Shown here piece after piece: positions 58,834 through 64,000 of a stretch of 64,000 nt of DNA. The notes under the pieces are model-generated. The model saw nothing but the letters and a program-made list of their open reading frames with translations, made no database searches and was not told the DNA's origin. Every line of letters starts with the position of its first letter. The first letter of the stretch is position 1. Source of the stretch: Bacteroidota bacterium (GTDB lineage: Bacteria; Bacteroidota; Bacteroidia; Bacteroidales; PUMT01). The position numbers were made by a program, and so were the translations under genes. The DNA lies in assembly GCA_003551495.1 (NCBI GenBank), contig PUMT01000262.1, positions 4,293-68,292 of the forward strand, in the 5' to 3' direction.

Positions 58834-58974
58834 TGCTTCAAATATTAGTAAGACATCAGTTTTATAAAGCAAGATATTGATTATTTTTTAAAAAAATATT
58901 ATTATAAAAAAATGACCACCCTGTAATACAGGACAGTCATTTAAACTTTACTGAAAAAAACTTTTCAGATTCAA

Positions 58975-59340
58975 CTACTGGGCATTAAATGTCTTACGGC
59001 TGCCATAAACTGTACCCCTTTGGTTCGTTGCAAAAGCCCTGAAAGAATATTCTCCTGCACTGGGGACAATGATTACAACTGAAAAGTCCCCTGCTCCTAC
59101 ACCGGAAGTAGAGATCCCGTCATTGTTATCAATAGTAGGCCTGGCAGTGCCGGCATTCCACACAATACCCCTTCGGTGTACCTGTCCGCCGGTTCCTCCC
59201 TCACTGTGGACTATTCCGCCAAGTTCAACAGTAAGGCCATCAATACCGATCACATCCAGAGTTTCAACTTTCGGTAATTCATCTTTGTCACAAGCAAAAC
59301 AAAGAAGCAGTACTGTAAAAATTGCAGCTAATTTTTTCAT
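58975..59340 (-). CDS. Small lipoprotein, Ig/Fn3-like beta domain, function unknown
   Basis: Lipobox LLCFAC. A single beta-rich domain ends in FRAFATNQRGTVYG. Confidence 0.45.
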   Translation of the reverse strand: MKKLAAIFTVLLLCFACDKDELPKVETLDVIGIDGLTVELGGIVHSEGGTGGQVHRRGIVWNAGTARPTIDNNDGISTSGVGAGDFSVVIIVPSAGEYSFRAFATNQRGTVYGSRKTFNAQ

Positions 59341-59794
59341 TGATCTATTATAATTTGTTAAACAATAAAATAAGTTTTACCATTGTTTTATATTGTTTAA
59401 ATTACCCGGTTCCTCCCGGCAATTTGCCGTTTACAACCGGACTCCGCGGCCTGCCCTTATTCCATAACGAAAAAAACCTGTTGTTTTATTATACTCTTTA
59501 CTTTTATCAGGCAGATTTTTTTCAAGGGTTTGGAAAATCCATTCGAACTTTTCATCAAAGACCGCTAAGCTTTTTTCAGTATAATAAAATTAACTGTAGA
59601 AACCTCAATCAGCTTTTAACCTTAATTTGTAAGCATGAATGACCCTTTCCCGGCAATTGTTTTAGGCAAATATAAAATATTTATTAAAACAGGATGTTTA
59701 AAAGCATGTTTTTTTTAAAAAAAATGCACACGACAACATTTGGCACTGATAACGTGAGCATTACCTTATCTGAAGAATTCCCGAATAATGATTA

Positions 59795-61240
59795 TTAATC
59801 GGTTCTCTGGAATCTGTAACTGCGGTTCAGCAAAAGTATATTTATACCGGAGCCATTATCACTTCTGAATAAAAACCTGTCGCCATCTTCAGAAACAAAC
59901 TGTAATCCTCCAATATGAATTAATTCTTTCTTCATTCCGTTTGCTGCAACATAAAGTCTATTTTCCTTTTTTTCAAATTCAAGTAAAAGTATTTCCTCAT
60001 TTACCATCAAACTGAAGTTACCTGTAATTATCTCCAGCTCATCCTCAGTAATTTCAACAGGTACGGCAATTTCAGGGTAACTTATTCCCCAGTTATAGTA
60101 ATCTGAAACCGAGCGCAGTATCTCATTTATAAGTTCCCGCGCATTATCACCGTTTGTCATAACAATAACAGCATCACCGCGGTTTGCAAAAGCAACAAGA
60201 CTGTTGGTAAACCCGGCATTTTTCCCGCCGTGTTCAAATATGAGAGAATCTGCATCCCATCTGAGGGATGGGCCCAGCCCCCAGTCATTTTTCTGTTTGG
60301 TCAACATTTCCGAAACACTTTCCCTTGTTAATATACCTTCGTGTGAACCGGAAATAATATTCTGTATTTCCATGCAATATCTTGCCAGGTCGGAAGGAGT
60401 AGTCCACAGGCCTGCCGCTGCCCTTTCAGGGTAGTTATGCCACAAACCTTCAATAATTTCACCCTGCCTGTTGTAAGCTGCACTGGCGGCAGCATGAAGA
60501 TGTTCCGGCAGAGGCTGCTCATATGTGCTGTTTTCCATACCGGTCGGCTTAAGTATATTTTCACTCATAAAATCCTCAAATGAAATACCTGTGACATCTT
60601 CCACTACTTTCTCCATAATTGTGTAGCCGCCTCCGGAATACCTCCATAAAGCGCCTGGTATGGTATCAACATATATCCGGGGAGTATTGCCTTCCCCTTC
60701 CAGCACTTCAATAACTGATGGGAAGTTGTCGCTCTGATTGTAACCGGGGAAACCGTGGACAGTAACTCCTGCCGTGTGTGAAAGAAGTCTTGCTGCAGTA
60801 ACCTTCTCATTAATAGAAAAATCATTGTCTGGTATCTTCCATTCATTTAGATAATTGTTCACATCGGCATGAATATCGATCATTCCTTCCTCCGCCAGCA
60901 TTAAAACACCCAGTGCTGCTATGGGTTTACTGATTGATGCGGCCTGGAAAAGAGTATTTTCATCAACCATCTGACCGTTTTCGGTATTTGCAAAGCCATA
61001 TCCTTCAGCCCACCTGAGCCGGCCATCTTTTACAATGGCTATGCTCACTCCAGGAACATTATAATACTCCATTCTGTCTGATAAATTGAATGTGGCAACA
61101 GGATATCCTTCAACCTGAATCGCAGGTAAAAGTCCGTTTTCAACTGCATTTTTTTCAGCAAGAATAAACCGCTTTTCCGAACAACCTGCAAAAATTAAAA
61201 ATAGTGTGACTGTCAAAGCAGAAATAAATAAATCTCTCAT
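59795..61240 (-). CDS. Beta-lactamase-fold serine hydrolase lipoprotein
   Basis: Lipobox LIFAGC, SxxK motif (ASISK) and YSGGGY. An alternative GTG start at 61294 overlaps the upstream stop. Confidence 0.8.
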   Translation of the reverse strand: MRDLFISALTVTLFLIFAGCSEKRFILAEKNAVENGLLPAIQVEGYPVATFNLSDRMEYYNVPGVSIAIVKDGRLRWAEGYGFANTENGQMVDENTLFQAASISKPIAALGVLMLAEEGMIDIHADVNNYLNEWKIPDNDFSINEKVTAARLLSHTAGVTVHGFPGYNQSDNFPSVIEVLEGEGNTPRIYVDTIPGALWRYSGGGYTIMEKVVEDVTGISFEDFMSENILKPTGMENSTYEQPLPEHLHAAASAAYNRQGEIIEGLWHNYPERAAAGLWTTPSDLARYCMEIQNIISGSHEGILTRESVSEMLTKQKNDWGLGPSLRWDADSLIFEHGGKNAGFTNSLVAFANRGDAVIVMTNGDNARELINEILRSVSDYYNWGISYPEIAVPVEITEDELEIITGNFSLMVNEEILLLEFEKKENRLYVAANGMKKELIHIGGLQFVSEDGDRFLFRSDNGSGINILLLNRSYRFQRTD

Positions 61241-61290
61241 TTTATAAATATTAGAAATTATTAACCTGGTATCATCATATTTAAAAAAGA

Positions 61291-61842
61291 TCACAGCTTA
61301 CGCTCCATCAACAGGTCTGTTTGCCTGTCATCTCCCACCATAAAAAGATGCTCTCCTGTATGAACAAACCCGTTCTTAATATAAAACCTTATAGCCCTGA
61401 AATTGTTTTCCCATACCCCAAGCCATATATGATCAGTTCCTTCACCGATTGCTATTTCAAAAGCTTTGTTGAGAAGCGCCTGACCTGTCCCTGTACCCTG
61501 AAACTCCTTAAGAACATACAATCTTTCAAGCTCAGTGAAATTATCTCCTTTGAATACATTCTGTGCACCGCCTGTGTTGACCTTGAGATATCCGGCTATC
61601 TCTCCTTCAACCCTGGCAAAATAATGATGTGCCCCAAAGGTGAGCAACTCGGATTTAAGCCGGTTTTTACTGAAAGAATCTTCAAGATATTTTCGCATAT
61701 TTTCACCGGAGGTGGTCTGCCGGAATGTCTCGTAAAAGGTCTTCCCGGCAAGTTTACTGTACTCTGTAATTTCCGTTACTTTTATTCTGGAAATCTCAAT
61801 ATTCTGATATTTCAACCTGCTTCTGCTTGTCTCCCGGGGCAC
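61291..61842 (-). CDS. GNAT family N-acetyltransferase
   Basis: Acetyl-CoA binding motif LYVLKEFQGTGTGQALL and C-terminal A..FY.K.GF. The start codon is uncertain. Confidence 0.7.
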   Translation of the reverse strand: MPRETSRSRLKYQNIEISRIKVTEITEYSKLAGKTFYETFRQTTSGENMRKYLEDSFSKNRLKSELLTFGAHHYFARVEGEIAGYLKVNTGGAQNVFKGDNFTELERLYVLKEFQGTGTGQALLNKAFEIAIGEGTDHIWLGVWENNFRAIRFYIKNGFVHTGEHLFMVGDDRQTDLLMERKL

Positions 61843-61882
61843 TTCAAGAAATTACTTTAATGAAAAATGGTGAATAATTCTA

Positions 61883-62725
61883 TTACTTAACAGAGCTGTA
61901 AAGAAAGGCTATCTCTTCTTTCCACCGTTCCGGCTCAGGTGTTTCAAGTATAATGGGAATTCCGTCGAACCTGCTGTCGTTCATTATCCTCACAAATACC
62001 TGTTCCCCCAGGGTTCCCTCTCCAATAGGATTATGCCTGTCAACCCTTGTGCCGATTTCCTTTTTTGAATCATTGATATGCATTCCTTTAAGCATCCCGA
62101 AACCAATAATCCTGTCAAACTCTTTAAAACTCTTTTCATACCCTTCAGGTGTCCTGAGGTCATAGCCGGCTGAATATGCATGTGCAGTATCTATGCAGAC
62201 CCCCACTCTTTCAGTGTCTTCAATATGGTCAATTATAAAATTTATCTGCTCAAATGTATGACCGAGGTTGGTTCCCTGACCGGCTGTATTTTCAATAACT
62301 GCAGCAACACCCCTTGTTTTATCCAGGGCAATATTGACTGATTCGGCTATTGTTTTGAGGCATTTTTCTTCTGAGGTTTTATTCAGGTGGCTTCCGGGAT
62401 GGAAATTGAGCCTGTCCAGTCCAAGCTGCTCACACCTTTGCATCTCATCGAGAAAAGCGCTCCTTGATCTATCAAGTCCATCTTTTTCAGGATGCCCGAG
62501 ATTGATCAGGTAGCTGTCGTGAGGTAATATCTGAAAAGGCTTGTATCCCAATCTTTCACAATTATCCCTGAAAGCTTTTATGCTCTCTTTACTGAGGGGT
62601 TTTGCCGCCCATTGCCTTTGATTTTTCGTAAACAGGGCAAAAGCCTTTGCACCTATCTCACTGGCATTAAGGGGCGCATTCTCCACACCCCCGGCAGCAC
62701 TTACATGGGCTCCTACATACTTCAT
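61883..62725 (-). CDS. nfo: Endonuclease IV (deoxyribonuclease IV)
   Basis: [13 protein letters not shown]..., H.SYLINL, ENTAGQG, CIDT.H and HINDS motifs; 280 aa. Confidence 0.9.
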   Translation of the reverse strand: MKYVGAHVSAAGGVENAPLNASEIGAKAFALFTKNQRQWAAKPLSKESIKAFRDNCERLGYKPFQILPHDSYLINLGHPEKDGLDRSRSAFLDEMQRCEQLGLDRLNFHPGSHLNKTSEEKCLKTIAESVNIALDKTRGVAAVIENTAGQGTNLGHTFEQINFIIDHIEDTERVGVCIDTAHAYSAGYDLRTPEGYEKSFKEFDRIIGFGMLKGMHINDSKKEIGTRVDRHNPIGEGTLGEQVFVRIMNDSRFDGIPIILETPEPERWKEEIAFLYSSVK

Positions 62726-62813
62726 GTTTGCAAATGTACATGAATTATTTTTATCCTGAAATATGCACTAGCGGATGAAAAACAGTACACTCAATTTTTC
62801 CGGCCGTATAACT

Positions 62814-64000
62814 CTAAACCCTTATCGAATTGTAGAAAAAGAAAAACCAGGTTAACAGTAGAGCTGACAAAGTATAGAGTGTGTAATATATTCTTGCAGG
62901 TTTTTTCCACCATCTGTTCCTCCATACTGCAATAAAGTATACAAACAGGGGCAGGGAAAGCAATATCAAAACCGCAGGCAATACAGCTACCAGGAATGTC
63001 ATAAACGTTCTTTCACCATAGGCAGAAGGAGGCAAAAGGTAAACCGGATGAGGGTTCCCTGATGATGCCAGTGCAAGCATCATAAGCAGAACAAGAGCTG
63101 CATGAAATATTCCAACAACCCTTGCAGGAAACCCGGGAGTATTAATGATTTCCGCGGCATTTCTTTGTCTTTGTCCGGCAAAAAGTGACACACCCTTTAC
63201 CCCAAAATACAGAACCTTGCCGAGTGCAAGCAGAATTGAAAAGACTGCCACTACTGCAGCAAACCAACCCGTTGCATAAAAAGGCATCCTGATGTAAGTT
63301 ACAGGTCCGTCGGTTACAAGCATAACCCGTTCTGAAGGATCCTTTGTCACAACTATATACTGCATAGGTCCCAAAGGATAGTTTACAGGGCCTTCAACGA
63401 TTTCATATATTCCAGGCTCCTTTAATGCATACCGGTGGTCGCTTCCCAGAAAACTGACCATTAGTTCTTCCTCCCCTTCAGGTCTGACCCTCATCACCAT
63501 TGATAACAAATTAACGAGTTTGTCCCTCCGGGTTTCTATCCTCCTGCTTTGCTGATATTCGCCTCCAGGCTTGCCGGGTGCCAGGTTCAAAGGCACAACC
63601 GGTTCGTTAAAGGGCTGAAACTCCTCTCCCGTTTCATGTACCGGGGCGTCAGGCTGGAAGAACTTATCGATAAAATTATTGAATATTTCTGTATGCCCCA
63701 TGAAATCGCCACCACTGTAAACAATGAAGAGTCCTGCATCCGAACCGGGTATCATATAAAAACCGGCATCTGACAGCATTGAGCTGCCGGTATGGTAAAC
63801 CACCCTTTGACCATTTCTTGTATATTCCATAAATCCGTAAGCCATACCTCCCAAAAGAGGATGATGCGTAAAATGCCGGGAGTGCATCCGGCTAACAGTT
63901 TGTTCGTGCAAAATTCCACCTCCTCTGTTCAGGTGGGCAATCATGAAACGTGCCATATCTTCAGCCGTGGTGCTTAAACCGCCTGCGGGAGAAGGCATAT
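62814..64000 (-). CDS. Partial (5' end outside the window): serine hydrolase/beta-lactamase-fold protein with C-terminal multi-TM extension
   Basis: The window edge cuts the catalytic domain (GGLSTTAEDMARFM is a late beta-lactamase-fold segment, and no SxxK is visible). The C-terminal ~150 aa contains about four hydrophobic helices. Confidence 0.6.
   Translation of the reverse strand, partial: MPSPAGGLSTTAEDMARFMIAHLNRGGGILHEQTVSRMHSRHFTHHPLLGGMAYGFMEYTRNGQRVVYHTGSSMLSDAGFYMIPGSDAGLFIVYSGGDFMGHTEIFNNFIDKFFQPDAPVHETGEEFQPFNEPVVPLNLAPGKPGGEYQQSRRIETRRDKLVNLLSMVMRVRPEGEEELMVSFLGSDHRYALKEPGIYEIVEGPVNYPLGPMQYIVVTKDPSERVMLVTDGPVTYIRMPFYATGWFAAVVAVFSILLALGKVLYFGVKGVSLFAGQRQRNAAEIINTPGFPARVVGIFHAALVLLMMLALASSGNPHPVYLLPPSAYGERTFMTFLVAVLPAVLILLSLPLFVYFIAVWRNRWWKKPARIYYTLYTLSALLLTWFFFFYNSIRV

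Noticed and set aside
59341-59794. Cobalamin-riboswitch-like string GGGAGGAACCGGGTAA in the lipoprotein leader.
   Set aside because: It has only a superficial resemblance to the AGGGAA.C.GGTG.AA element. There is no B12 box (GCCACTG) and no matching helices.
1-64000. Mobile elements, prophage, defence islands, CRISPR-Cas, toxin-antitoxin pairs, tRNA or rRNA genes.
   Set aside because: I scanned all ORFs of 60 aa or more and all gaps over 100 bp. There are no integrase, transposase, RT, helicase-nuclease or Cas-like proteins, no terminal inverted repeats, and no tRNA-like T-arm sequences. The window appears to be conserved core chromosome.

Overview
Gene-dense chromosomal segment, roughly 90% coding. 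It looks like core genome of an anaerobic member of the Bacteroidota. That is inferred from typical neighbourhoods (bamD-rpoZ-coaBC-DUF4835-recN, nusB-yajC-ybbR-coaE), a FeoA-FeoB fusion, a Na+-translocating methylmalonyl-CoA decarboxylase operon, rubredoxin, and many lipoprotein or outer-membrane beta-barrel genes. I saw no rRNA, tRNA, CRISPR array, transposase, integrase, phage gene or recognisable defence gene. I therefore cannot point to a convincing new multi-gene system.

Features the ORF track does not explain:
1. A ~360-bp tandem array of a two-hairpin module between nusB and a PUR-like (DUF3276) gene. Both hairpins keep their pairing through compensatory substitutions. This is the most unusual signal in the window.
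2. An M-box (Mg2+) riboswitch with terminator/antiterminator alternatives upstream of mgtE.
3. Four genuine-looking small genes below the 60-aa ORF cutoff: ribosomal protein bTHX, a FeoB-associated Cys-rich peptide, rubredoxin and a BFD-like [2Fe-2S] protein.
4. An uncharacterised DUF438/hemerythrin/PAS + DUF1858 + BFD operon.
5. A three-gene cluster joining GhrA-like, HOGA-like and AGXT-like enzymes, implying glyoxylate handling.
6. A 400-bp segment (53818-54220) with no supportable gene.

All family assignments come from reading motifs and from memory of family sequences. No database search was run.
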